A stretch of 64,000 nt of DNA. It comes from an uncultured Pseudomonadota bacterium (lineage in GTDB: Bacteria > Myxococcota_A > UBA796 > SXON01). Positions 17,856 through 27,106 of this stretch are shown here, piece by piece (the first letter of the stretch is position 1; each line of letters begins with the position of its first letter). The stretch is from the NCBI GenBank assembly GCA_903875225.1, contig CAIQVJ010000006.1:99380-163379 (forward strand), given 5' to 3'. A program made the position numbers and the translations under genes. The notes below the pieces were generated by a model. It searched no databases and was not told the origin of the DNA. It saw only the letters and a program-made list of their open reading frames with translations.

Positions 17856-19073
17856 ATGTCTGAATTGTCGGAGCGGGGAATCTGCCACCCCCCGGGTCGC
17901 GATAGGACGGTCAGCGTGAGAATCGCCATCACCGCTGCCTCCGTCCGGTGCGCCTCCGGACGTGAGCTGGTGCCGCCCACGCGCTGCTGGGCCTCGGTGG
18001 ACGACGACGCCCTCGCGCTCGGCATCCCGGGGGTCGCGCGGGCCACCGTGGAGGGCGACCCACGGTTTCCCGACGATCGCAAGGGGTCGCTCGCCGCCGC
18101 CGCGCTCGCGGAGATCGCCTCCGTGCCGGCGGGCGCACGTGTGGGCCTCTACCTCGGCACCGGGCTCTCGAGCCTCACCCCGGCCGAGCTGGCGATCGAC
18201 CTCTACCCCCACATCGTGGACGGCGCGTTCGATCGCCTGGCGATGGCGCGCGACCTCGCCACGGACCGTCCCTCTCCGCGTCGGCACCAGCCCGAGCGCG
18301 TCACCCAGGTGCTCGGGGCCGCGCTGGGCGCTGTGGTGACCGAGACCAGCTTCTCGGCCTGCGCCGCCGCTGCCCAGTCGATCCTGCAGGCCGCGCGCGC
18401 AGTGCATCGCGGGGACGTGGACGTCGCCTTCGCGGGCGGGCACGACTCGATGCTGCACGCGATCGGCTACCTCTCCTTCGTGGTGCTGGGCGCCCTCTCC
18501 CCAACCCGGGGCCGTCCGTTCGATCAGCAGCGCGACGGTTTCCTGATCGGTGAAGGCGCCGCCATGCTCCGGCTCCAACGCGAGGCCGACCTGTCCTCCG
18601 ATGATCGTGTCCTGGGCTGGATCGTCGGCGGAGGAACGAGCGTAGACGCCTACAACGTCACGCACCCGCATCCCGAGGGCTACGGCGCCGCCCTCGCCAT
18701 GCGCCGAGCGCTGCGCGACGCCGACCTCCAGCCCGGGGACATCGACTACGTCAACGCCCACGGGACCGGGACCCCCGTGGGGGATCAGGCGGAGTGCCTG
18801 GCGGTCCACCGCGTGCTCGGGGATGTGCCCGTGAGCTCCTTCAAGGGCGCGGTGGGGCACACCATCGCCGCGGCCGGTGCCGTGGAGCTGGCCTTGTGCC
18901 TCGGGATCTTCCCTTCGGGAGTGCTGCCGGGCACGCCGGGCCTCGTGACCCTCGACCCCGAGCTTCGCGCCCACGTGCTCAAGGATCCCGTGCGGGCCGA
19001 GGCGCGCCACATCCTCTCCAACTCCTTCGGCTTCGGCGGGCAGAACTGCGCGCTCATCGTCAAGGCACCCTGA
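17856..19073 (+). CDS. Beta-ketoacyl synthase (KS). The true start may be GTG near 17916 (VRIAITAAS)
   Basis: Active-site motifs TSFSACAAA (Cys), NAHGTGTP (His) and GHTIAAAG. C-terminal NSFGFGGQNCALIV. Confidence 0.75.
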   Translation: MSELSERGICHPPGRDRTVSVRIAITAASVRCASGRELVPPTRCWASVDDDALALGIPGVARATVEGDPRFPDDRKGSLAAAALAEIASVPAGARVGLYLGTGLSSLTPAELAIDLYPHIVDGAFDRLAMARDLATDRPSPRRHQPERVTQVLGAALGAVVTETSFSACAAAAQSILQAARAVHRGDVDVAFAGGHDSMLHAIGYLSFVVLGALSPTRGRPFDQQRDGFLIGEGAAMLRLQREADLSSDDRVLGWIVGGGTSVDAYNVTHPHPEGYGAALAMRRALRDADLQPGDIDYVNAHGTGTPVGDQAECLAVHRVLGDVPVSSFKGAVGHTIAAAGAVELALCLGIFPSGVLPGTPGLVTLDPELRAHVLKDPVRAEARHILSNSFGFGGQNCALIVKAP

Positions 19074-19088
19074 TCCTGCGGAGTCCTC

Positions 19089-19862
19089 ATGCCTCGCCAC
19101 GTACGCATCATCGGCGCATCCCTGTTCTGCCCCGCAGGCATCGGGATCTTCGGTCTGGGCCCCGCGAGCCCCGGTGCCGTCCCCGGTTTCGACCCCATCG
19201 CGTGCGGAGTGCCGCGAAAGCACCTCAAGACGATGACCCGCGCCGTCCAACTCGGGGTAGCCGGGGTGAACGCCGCGCTCGCCGTGGCGCCGGGGTGGGC
19301 GGAGATCCGTCCCGAGCGCCGGGGCCTCTTCGTGGGGGCCTCGCCCCAGGCGGGTGACGCCGAGGATCTTGCGGCGGCCCTGGCAGCGGCTGGTGGGGAT
19401 CCCGGGAGGTTCGCCCGGGAGGGGGTCTCGCTCATCCCCCCGCTGTGGCTCGTGAAGGGCCTCTCCAACAATGTTCTCGGCTATGCCTCGGCGCAGCACG
19501 ACCTGCGTGGCGACAACGGGAACTGGTGCGATGGACAGCTCGGCGGGGCCATCGCGCTCGCGCAGGCCGTTCACGCCATCGCGGAGGGCAGGGTGGATCT
19601 CGCGATCGCCGGGGGCGCAGACGCGTTGCTCGGCGCAGAGTCCGTCGTGGGTGGGCCGTGTGCCGAGGGCGCCGCGTTCATCGTCCTTGTCGCCGGCGAG
19701 CGAGGCGATGCCGTCGTCACCGCGGGGATCCCCTCGGAGGACGGCGTGGAAGAGGGCTTCGGCGCGTTGGGCGCTGCGGCGGTGCCGGTCGCGTGGGTGC
19801 GCTCGTGGCTGACGGACCGTAGGGCCGACGTCGGCGGGGTCCGGGGCGCCTGGAGCAGCTGA
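19089..19862 (+). CDS. Short KS-like (chain-length-factor-like) protein lacking the catalytic triad
   Basis: 257-aa thiolase-fold N-terminal half (RIIGASLFCPAG..., VDLAIAGGADALL). No KS Cys/His-His motifs. It sits immediately after a KS, as CLF partners do in type II systems. Confidence 0.55.
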   Translation: MPRHVRIIGASLFCPAGIGIFGLGPASPGAVPGFDPIACGVPRKHLKTMTRAVQLGVAGVNAALAVAPGWAEIRPERRGLFVGASPQAGDAEDLAAALAAAGGDPGRFAREGVSLIPPLWLVKGLSNNVLGYASAQHDLRGDNGNWCDGQLGGAIALAQAVHAIAEGRVDLAIAGGADALLGAESVVGGPCAEGAAFIVLVAGERGDAVVTAGIPSEDGVEEGFGALGAAAVPVAWVRSWLTDRRADVGGVRGAWSS

Positions 19863-19944
19863 ACTACATCCGCTTCCCGCGCTGCCGGGGGCGGAGGCGC
19901 GTTAAGGCTGGGCGCTCGTTCGGCTCGTTGCTCTGGAGGGTCTC

Positions 19945-20427
19945 TTGCGCTGGCGGTGGCTCAATCGCATCGACCACATCGAGCTCGGACAGAGCGCGAA
20001 GGGTTCGATGGTTTTTCCGGCGGATTCGCCCTTTTTCCAGGACCACTTCCCGGGCTTCCCGGTGGTGCCGGGCGTGCTGCTGCTCGAGGCCATGGCGCAG
20101 CTCTCGGGGAAGCTCATCGGGTACACGGTGCGCAAGGCGAGGGGTGATTGGCCCTTCCCCATCCTCTCGATGGCCAACAACGTGAAGTTTCGGAAATTCG
20201 TGCGCCCTGAGGAGCTCGCCTGCTTCGAGAGCACGCTGCTGGAGCTGCGGGAAGAGAGCGCCGTCGTGGCGGTGAAGACGCGAGTCGACGGGCGGGTGGT
20301 CGCCCAGGCCGAGGAGGTGTTCGTGTTCAACGCAGTGCCGCTGGCGAGCCCAGAAGAGGCCGACCGCCTCGAGCTCCTCGAGCGTGCCGAGCTGGCGCGC
20401 CTTTGGCCCGGATACCCGGGTGACTAG
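19945..20427 (+). CDS. FabZ-like 3-hydroxyacyl-ACP dehydratase
   Basis: FFQDHFPGFPVVPGVLLLEAMAQ matches the FabZ HFPGxPVxPGVLxxEAxAQ motif. Confidence 0.75.
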   Translation: MRWRWLNRIDHIELGQSAKGSMVFPADSPFFQDHFPGFPVVPGVLLLEAMAQLSGKLIGYTVRKARGDWPFPILSMANNVKFRKFVRPEELACFESTLLELREESAVVAVKTRVDGRVVAQAEEVFVFNAVPLASPEEADRLELLERAELARLWPGYPGD

Positions 20428-21604
20428 CCGTCGGCGCGTCGTCGTGACCGCGGTCGGCATGGTCACGCCGCTGGGCGTGGGCGTGGAGCGGACGTGGAGG
20501 GCCACGCTCGCCGGGGAGAACGGTGTCCGCCCCATCCAGCGCTTCGACGCGAGCGACTACCCGGTGCGGTTCGCCGCCGAGGTCGACGTGCCAGGCAGCG
20601 GCGCCACCCTGAAGCAGGCGCTGGCGATGCTCGCGTTGGACGAGGCCCTCGCATCCGGGGTCCCGGCGCCCGGGTCGCGTCTCGGCGTCTGCCTCGGGAG
20701 CGAGGCGGCGCGGCCCCCCCTCGAATGGTTGTTCCGCACCACGCCGCCGGCCGGGGAGGAGATCGCCGCGCTCGCGCCCGACGCACCCACCCGGATGATC
20801 GCGCGCCGACTGGGCGCGCTCGGTCCGCGCAGCACGGTCTCCACCGCGTGCACCAGCAGCAGCCAGGCCATCGGGGAGGCAGTGCTCCGCATTCGGCGCG
20901 GCGAGGTGGACACGATGATCGCCGGCGGCGTGGACGTGCTCTCCGAGCCCCTGATGGTGGTCGGCTTCTCCAAGCTCGGCGCGCTCTCCACGCGGAACGA
21001 TGCCCCCGAGCACGCGAGCCGACCGTTCGACCTTCACCGGGACGGGTTCGTGCTCGGGGAAGGGGCGGGAATGCTGGTGCTCGAAGAGCGCGAGCACGCG
21101 ATCGCCCGCGGGGCGTCGATCCTCGCGGAGGTCACCGGCTACGGCTGCTCCTGCAACGCGTGGCGGATCACCGACTCGCCGCCCGATGGGCGCGGTGCCG
21201 CGGCTGCCATGCTCGACGCCGTCACCGATGCCGGGCTCACCCCCGACGACATCGGCTACATCAACGCCCACGGCACGAGCACGCCCCAGAACGACCACTC
21301 CGAGAGCCAGGCCATCCACCGCGTGTTCGGCAAGCCCGTGCCTGTCTCCAGCACCAAGGGCCAGATGGGGCACCTGGTCGCCGCTTGCGGCGCCGTGGAG
21401 GCCATCCTCTGCGTGCTGGCGCTGCGGGACCAGGTCGTCCCGCCTACCCGAAACCTCGTCACGCCGGACCCTGCCTGCGGCGACCTCGACCACGTGCTCG
21501 TCGCGCGGCCCACCCACGGCTTGCTGCGTCACACGCTCACCAACGCGTTTGGCTTCGGCGGCTCCAACGGCAGCCTCGTGTTCTCGATGAGCGACACGTC
21601 GTGA
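20384..21604 (+). CDS. Beta-ketoacyl-ACP synthase (FabF/FabB-like KS). The start may be downstream, near RRVVVTAVG
   Basis: TVSTACTSS (Cys), NAHGTSTP (His), GHLVAACG and NAFGFGGSNGSLVF. Confidence 0.75.
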   Translation: MPSWRAFGPDTRVTSRRRVVVTAVGMVTPLGVGVERTWRATLAGENGVRPIQRFDASDYPVRFAAEVDVPGSGATLKQALAMLALDEALASGVPAPGSRLGVCLGSEAARPPLEWLFRTTPPAGEEIAALAPDAPTRMIARRLGALGPRSTVSTACTSSSQAIGEAVLRIRRGEVDTMIAGGVDVLSEPLMVVGFSKLGALSTRNDAPEHASRPFDLHRDGFVLGEGAGMLVLEEREHAIARGASILAEVTGYGCSCNAWRITDSPPDGRGAAAAMLDAVTDAGLTPDDIGYINAHGTSTPQNDHSESQAIHRVFGKPVPVSSTKGQMGHLVAACGAVEAILCVLALRDQVVPPTRNLVTPDPACGDLDHVLVARPTHGLLRHTLTNAFGFGGSNGSLVFSMSDTS

Positions 21605-22368
21605 GCCGGATCCTCGGCATCGGCATCGTCACGCCGCTGGGCGACGACGTCGAGGCCGTGCTCTCGGCCGTCCGCGAGGGCCGCTCGGGGCTCTCCGCCC
21701 AGCCGGCGCTCGATGGCCTGCCGGACTCCCGGGCGGGCGTCGTCTCGGGCCCCGATCTCGCGGGGTGGCTCACCCGCAAGAAGGACGGGCGGCTGCTCGC
21801 ACGCGCCGCCAGGTTGGCACTCCCTGCCGCGGGGAGAGCCCTGCGGGCGCTGCCGCCCGGGGTCGCCGAGGACACCGCGATCTATGTCGCAGTGGGGCGC
21901 GAGCCGCCGGACGATCCCGAGGCGGAGCCCTCGCTGCTCGCGATGGAGGTGGACGGCGTGCTGAACCGCGAGCGGCTGGGCGGGCGGGGGCGTGAGCTCT
22001 ACCCGCCGCTCCTCCCGCTGCGCACGCTGCCCAACATGGTGCTCGCCCACGTGTCGATCCGGCACGGCCTGCGCGGGGAGAACGGCACTTTCGCTGGCGC
22101 CGCCACGGCGGGCGTGCAGGCGATACGCGCCGCCTGCCTCGCCGTGGACGAGGGGCGCGCGCCGTTCGCCCTCGCCGGGGCTGCGTTCTCGGGGGTGGAC
22201 CTCGCGAGCGCTCGTGACCGGCTACGCGTCGGCCTGACCGCGCCTCCGGGCGAAGCCGCGGTGTTCATCCTGGTCGGTCCGGGTGAGCCCCTGCGCTGGG
22301 ATCCGCGCGACTGGATCGCCGCGATGGGCGATTGCGGGCCGGTCGCGGGATTGTGGGGGCTGTTGTAG
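21600..22368 (+). CDS. Short KS-like (CLF-like) protein lacking the catalytic Cys. GTG start overlaps the KS stop
   Basis: VSRILGIGIVTPLGDDVEAV... thiolase-fold N-terminal half, 256 aa, paralogous to 19089..19862. Confidence 0.5.
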
Positions 22369-22386
22369 CCGCCGGGGGCGCCGCGA

Positions 22387-24783
22387 TCAGCTCTTCACGC
22401 AGCTCTTCTCGTCGTTCGTGAAGCACGTGTAGGTGCCCTTCTCGACCCCGTGTACCTCGGTGACCATTCGCGTGCGGTCCTTGAGCATCACCTTGACGAG
22501 GCAGAGCTCTGCCTTGGTGCCCGTCATCGCCACATGGTCGACGCCGGTCGTCTCCTTGCCGTCGCAGGTGAGGGTGACCTTCGCGGTCTCGGGCGCGGCG
22601 GAGATGAACACGACATCCCCCGTGACGGGATCCGCCGGACGGGGCCCGCCCGCGAGGACGTCGCCCGCTTCTCCGGGCGCGTCCTTCACCGCGACCTCGG
22701 GGATGGGCGCGTTGACGTAGGCATACACCGCGTAGGCGCCTGCGAGTCCGGACAGTCCCAGGAACGCGAGCACCACCAGCGCGGCGACGATCCAGCCGGT
22801 GCGGGACCTGGGCGGGGGCTCCTCGTCGGGCTCCGAGAGCAGGGGCGCGGGGGCCGGCACGCGCGAGGGGCCCGGAAAGGCGGTCCCGATGCCCGCCGAG
22901 CGGGAGGGTGGGGCCTGCGGAGGGATCCGCGGGGTCGACTGGGTGCGGGAGATCTCCGGGCTGGTGTCGGTGCGCGTGACATCCGGCGCGAGGGAGACGT
23001 TGGTCGGCGACTCCTCGGGCTCCGGAACGAACGTCATCGACGGTGCCCACGGTGCCGAGTCCACGGAGGAGGGGGGCGCGACGGGGTGGAGCGCGGGGGT
23101 GGTCTGGGAGGGCGGTTCTGCCGAGGGGTCAGCCGTCGCTGGGTCGCCCCGGGTGTTCAACGGTCGTTGGCCCGGCAGGGTCGTCGTGGAGGAAGGGCGG
23201 GGCGGCTCGACGGGCGGGGTCGACTTCGGGGTCGACCTGGGGTTCGACTTGAGGAAGACGGCGGAGACGACATCGGCTCCGCTCACGTTCGGACCCGTGC
23301 GAACGGGCTCGCTGTCCGGGACGATGGTGGCGCTCGCGCTGCGGCGGGCGCGGGGGGTCGAGTCCCCGGGCACGGAGCGTGCGGAGGCGCGGACCGGCGG
23401 TGCAGGGGGAGCGGGCTCCGGGGCCGAGGCAGGGGCCTGGGGGACAGCGGGCGGTTCGGGGGCGGCCGGCGGGGGCGCGGGCTGTTCGATGACTGGCACG
23501 GCGACGGCCACTGGTGGCACGACCGGCTGCTCGATCGCCGGCTGCTCGACCACGGGCTGTTCGGCCATGGGGGCAGCGACGGGTGCGGGCGTCTCGGTGA
23601 AGGGCTCCGGGCTCGGGGGCTCGACGGGCGCCGCGTTGGACGACTCCACCGGCGGAGCCGCCGGGGGGGCCTCGGTCCGTGGTGGGGTCGGCGGGCGCTC
23701 CGACCGTGCAAACACCGGGTTCCGAACGCCGGTGCGTGCGGCGCTGTTCTCGTCGTCCACGACCACGTCGTCCTCGACGCTGCCGAGACCGGCGTCGTCC
23801 TCCATCAGGATCGTGTTCGTGAGCGGGTTCGGCTCTCGCGGCGCCTCGCGCATCGCCTTCACCAGCGGGGGGATCACCGTCTCCGCCCACTCGGTGAGGC
23901 CGTCCCCATCGAAGGTGCGGGAGAGCGCACGGCACCGGGCGACCACGTCGGCCGCGCCCGGACGTTGGTCCACGCGGTGGGCGAGCAGGGACCGCAGGAA
24001 CTCGATCAGCTCGTCCCCCGCGGGGCTCGACATCGACGGTGTGGCGGACTTGAGGAGCTGCAGCCGCTCGTCGAGGAACGCCGCGTGCCGCTCGGGTCGG
24101 GACCGCGCCTTGCCGAAGCGCTCCAGGGCCAGAAGCTCGTAGAGCGTTGCGCCCAGGGAGTACACGTCGCTCGCCGGCGTGTCCGGCTCCATGAACAGTC
24201 GCTCGGGCGGCATGTACTCGATCGAGCCGAACTGCATCTCCTGGGTGTGGCTCTCCCGCTGGTCGAACTCCGCGCGGGCGACGCCGAAGTCGAGCACCTT
24301 CACCGTGCCGGACTCGTCCAGCATGATGTTGGAGGGCTTGATGTCCCGGTGGATCACCCTCAGCGGGCGCTCCCCCTGGTAGGGCGGCCGGTTGTAGGCG
24401 GCGTCGAGCGCGCTGGCGACAAAACTGATGGCCTCGAGCGCCCCGCGCGGCGGGACGGGCTGCCCACGGTCGATGTGCGATTGCACCACCGCCTTCAGGT
24501 CCACTGCCTCCAGGTACTCCATCACCACGGCCACTCGCCCGCCGATCGTCGTGAGCCCGATGACATCGACGATGTTGCGGTGCCGCAGCCAGCCCAGGAG
24601 CCGCGCTTCGTCCCGCATGCGTCGCGCCACCTCCTGGTTCTCGCTCCACTGCTGGTGCAGCAGCTTTACGGCGGCCAGTCGGGAAAACCCGTCGTTGTGC
24701 ATCACTTTCGCAAGGTACACACTGCCGAAACCGCCTGCCGCGATCTCGCGGAGGAAGTGGAATTTGCGAACAGACTTTGCCAT
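22387..24783 (-). CDS. Hanks-type Ser/Thr protein kinase with a Pro-rich linker, a TM helix and an extracytoplasmic C-terminal domain
   Basis: GGFGSVYLA (G-loop), AVK, HRDIKPSNIML, DFG and SIEYMPPE motifs. Long Pro/Ala/Glu-rich spacer, then TM WIVAALVVLAFLGLSGLAGAYAVYAY. Confidence 0.85.
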   Translation of the reverse strand: MAKSVRKFHFLREIAAGGFGSVYLAKVMHNDGFSRLAAVKLLHQQWSENQEVARRMRDEARLLGWLRHRNIVDVIGLTTIGGRVAVVMEYLEAVDLKAVVQSHIDRGQPVPPRGALEAISFVASALDAAYNRPPYQGERPLRVIHRDIKPSNIMLDESGTVKVLDFGVARAEFDQRESHTQEMQFGSIEYMPPERLFMEPDTPASDVYSLGATLYELLALERFGKARSRPERHAAFLDERLQLLKSATPSMSSPAGDELIEFLRSLLAHRVDQRPGAADVVARCRALSRTFDGDGLTEWAETVIPPLVKAMREAPREPNPLTNTILMEDDAGLGSVEDDVVVDDENSAARTGVRNPVFARSERPPTPPRTEAPPAAPPVESSNAAPVEPPSPEPFTETPAPVAAPMAEQPVVEQPAIEQPVVPPVAVAVPVIEQPAPPPAAPEPPAVPQAPASAPEPAPPAPPVRASARSVPGDSTPRARRSASATIVPDSEPVRTGPNVSGADVVSAVFLKSNPRSTPKSTPPVEPPRPSSTTTLPGQRPLNTRGDPATADPSAEPPSQTTPALHPVAPPSSVDSAPWAPSMTFVPEPEESPTNVSLAPDVTRTDTSPEISRTQSTPRIPPQAPPSRSAGIGTAFPGPSRVPAPAPLLSEPDEEPPPRSRTGWIVAALVVLAFLGLSGLAGAYAVYAYVNAPIPEVAVKDAPGEAGDVLAGGPRPADPVTGDVVFISAAPETAKVTLTCDGKETTGVDHVAMTGTKAELCLVKVMLKDRTRMVTEVHGVEKGTYTCFTNDEKSCVKS

Positions 24784-24869
24784 CGTGCGGCAAGTATCAA
24801 GAAACGCCAGGGGAGCGACGCGAAGGAGCGATCGTCATGGGGGCGGCTCACCCCCCGGGATCCGGCAGG

Positions 24870-25406
24870 CTACCGCCGGATCAGCATGAAGTAGTCACCC
24901 GTCGGCTTGTCGGACTTGAAGGCCGCGCCGATCAGCGCGCGGGTCCCGACGCGGCGGAGCTTGTCGATCATGCCGCCGTACACGAGCATGTCGGGAAAGC
25001 CGGTGTTTCCCTTGATCGGCGGGAATTCGGGAGGTGCGTCGGTGGCCACCTGCGTGTAGTCGAACCAGCTGGTGGTGCCGTCGGTCTGCACGAGGAAGTG
25101 CCCTGGCCCGGTGATCCAGCTCATCGCCTGGTGGTTGTAGCCCTGGACCTTGCCGTTCCGAAGCACCACGCGCTTCTGGAACGCGTTGAACGCCGGCAGC
25201 GAGTTCTGGCCCTCGTGGATGACGACCTCGCCTTCGGCACCGTGCAGGGCCTCGATCGGCGCGACGATGCCCTCGGCCTTCTCCCACAGCGCCTTGAGAT
25301 CACGCTTTCCGAGCCCACGCATCCAGTTGACCTGCTCGTCGACCGTGTGCTTCTCCATCCCGGCGACGACATTTGCGAGGGAATCCAGCGAGGGGAGGGG
25401 GATCAT
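24870..25406 (-). CDS. Hypothetical protein (178 aa)
   Basis: ORF with a 4-nt overlap onto the upstream FG-GAP gene. No motif recognised. Confidence 0.3.
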   Translation of the reverse strand: MIPLPSLDSLANVVAGMEKHTVDEQVNWMRGLGKRDLKALWEKAEGIVAPIEALHGAEGEVVIHEGQNSLPAFNAFQKRVVLRNGKVQGYNHQAMSWITGPGHFLVQTDGTTSWFDYTQVATDAPPEFPPIKGNTGFPDMLVYGGMIDKLRRVGTRALIGAAFKSDKPTGDYFMLIRR

Positions 25407-27052
25407 GGGCGGCTCCGGTGGGGTTTGTCGGCTCGTCGGCGAGTAACGCCCAGCGCCGAGAGGGCAAGCAGCGCGAGCCCGGCGGGTGGGGCGTTCCCGC
25501 TGCTCGCGCAGCCGCAGCCGTCCTTCCCGGAGCCAATTGAAAAATCAGCTTCGAACGTGCAGGTTGTGTTTCCCGCCGCGTCGATCACGCACGCCCTGAG
25601 TGTGTGCGGGCCGTCGGTGAGATCAAGCTCGACCCGGTAGAGGTCGCCGCCCATCCAGGTGGCGTCGACCACGTTGCCGTCGAACTCGGCGTAGGCCTGC
25701 TGGAGCTGCGGACCGACCCCGCTCGTGGCCCCATCCTGCACACTGAAGTGGAACAGTGCGCTGCCCGGGTCCGGCCGGTTCACGAAGCTGTCGAAGTGGC
25801 GGATGGTGGGGGCCACGGTGTCGGGCTCCCCGGCTCCCATGTACACCTTGTTGAGCAGCGGGCCAGACCCGCCCTGACCGGTCACGGCATCGAGGACCCC
25901 GTCTCCGTCGAGATCCCCGAGGGCGATGCCGAGCGTGCTGTCGTGGATCGTTCCGCCGCCGTCGTCCGTGAACGCCCCGTCCACGAGGGTGAAGGCGCCG
26001 CTGCCGTCGTTCTGGAGCACCCGCTCGGCGTCGGAGAGCGAGGCGATCACTGCGTCCATGTCGCCGTCCTGGTCCACGTCGGCGCACAGCACCTGGTTGT
26101 CGTCGGCGGTGGGGTTCCCGTCCACCCGGGCGTTGGTCTGGTCCGAGTAGGTGCCGTTCCCGTCGTTGATCAGGAGCTGCTCCAGCCCGTCCCGCGAGCC
26201 GCCGTCGAGCCACAGGTCCAGATCGTCGTCGCCATCCACGTCGCACACGTCCGGGCCGTGGACGGAGGGGCCGCCCTGCGCGGGGAGCTGCGCGCCGGCG
26301 TCCGTGAAGATCCCGGTCCCGTCGTTCACCAGCAGGATGCTGTCGCCCGCGGCGTTCGCGATGAGCAGATCGAGATCGTTGTCGGTGTCGGCGTCGAAGA
26401 AGTCCGCGTCGACGGGCCCGGTACCGGTGGACGAGAGGTCCGCGGGGATGGACCCGACCCGCTCGGTGAAGAACCCCGTGCCCGCGTTGATGTACAGGTG
26501 GCCGACGCCGGGGGAGTCGGGCGGAGTGTCCCCCAGGTCCGAGACGAAGAGGTCGAGGTCCCCGTCGTCGTCCACGTCCGCGAGGCGGGCCGCCCCCGCG
26601 TGCGAGGTCGTGCCGAGCCGGGCCGCGCCGTCCTCGGAGAAAAAGCGGCCGTCGTTCACGAACACGGCGTCCGGCTGCAGGCCGTAGCCGTCGGGCACGA
26701 CGAGATCGAGGTCATCATCCCCGTCGATGTCGCCGATCGCGACCTGTCGCACGCGCCCGGTGAACCCCTCGACGGCGTCGTCCGCTGCGTAGGAGAACGT
26801 GCCGGCGGTGTTGTGGTAGATGGCGAGCGGTTGGGCATCCCCGGGGTCGTCCTGGCTCCCGCCGTTGGCGTACACGATGTCGAGATCGCCGTTCCCGTCG
26901 AGGTCGGCGAGCTGCACCTGATTCGTGGAGCAGCCCTCGGCCGAGGGGTCGACCCCGGCGGCACAGGGCTGCGGGCCGGGCAACGCGGCGGGGTCCTGCA
27001 CGAAGTAGGGCGCCGCCTGGGCGCTGGAGAGAGCGAGGGAGATTAGCCACAT
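25403..27052 (-). CDS. Secreted FG-GAP/VCBS repeat protein with a MYXO-CTERM sorting tail
   Basis: Signal peptide MWLISLALSSAQAAP. Repeated D.D(G/D)(N/D)GD.D(L/I) FG-GAP calcium-binding motifs. C-terminus GCGCASSGNAPPAGLALLALSALGVTRRRADK. The upstream in-frame extension to 27646 lacks a signal peptide. Confidence 0.7.
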   Translation of the reverse strand: MWLISLALSSAQAAPYFVQDPAALPGPQPCAAGVDPSAEGCSTNQVQLADLDGNGDLDIVYANGGSQDDPGDAQPLAIYHNTAGTFSYAADDAVEGFTGRVRQVAIGDIDGDDDLDLVVPDGYGLQPDAVFVNDGRFFSEDGAARLGTTSHAGAARLADVDDDGDLDLFVSDLGDTPPDSPGVGHLYINAGTGFFTERVGSIPADLSSTGTGPVDADFFDADTDNDLDLLIANAAGDSILLVNDGTGIFTDAGAQLPAQGGPSVHGPDVCDVDGDDDLDLWLDGGSRDGLEQLLINDGNGTYSDQTNARVDGNPTADDNQVLCADVDQDGDMDAVIASLSDAERVLQNDGSGAFTLVDGAFTDDGGGTIHDSTLGIALGDLDGDGVLDAVTGQGGSGPLLNKVYMGAGEPDTVAPTIRHFDSFVNRPDPGSALFHFSVQDGATSGVGPQLQQAYAEFDGNVVDATWMGGDLYRVELDLTDGPHTLRACVIDAAGNTTCTFEADFSIGSGKDGCGCASSGNAPPAGLALLALSALGVTRRRADKPHRSRP

Positions 27053-27106
27053 CGGCGGGGGATAACCCGGGCAGGACGGCCCGGACCGGACGGGATACGG
27101 CGCCCC

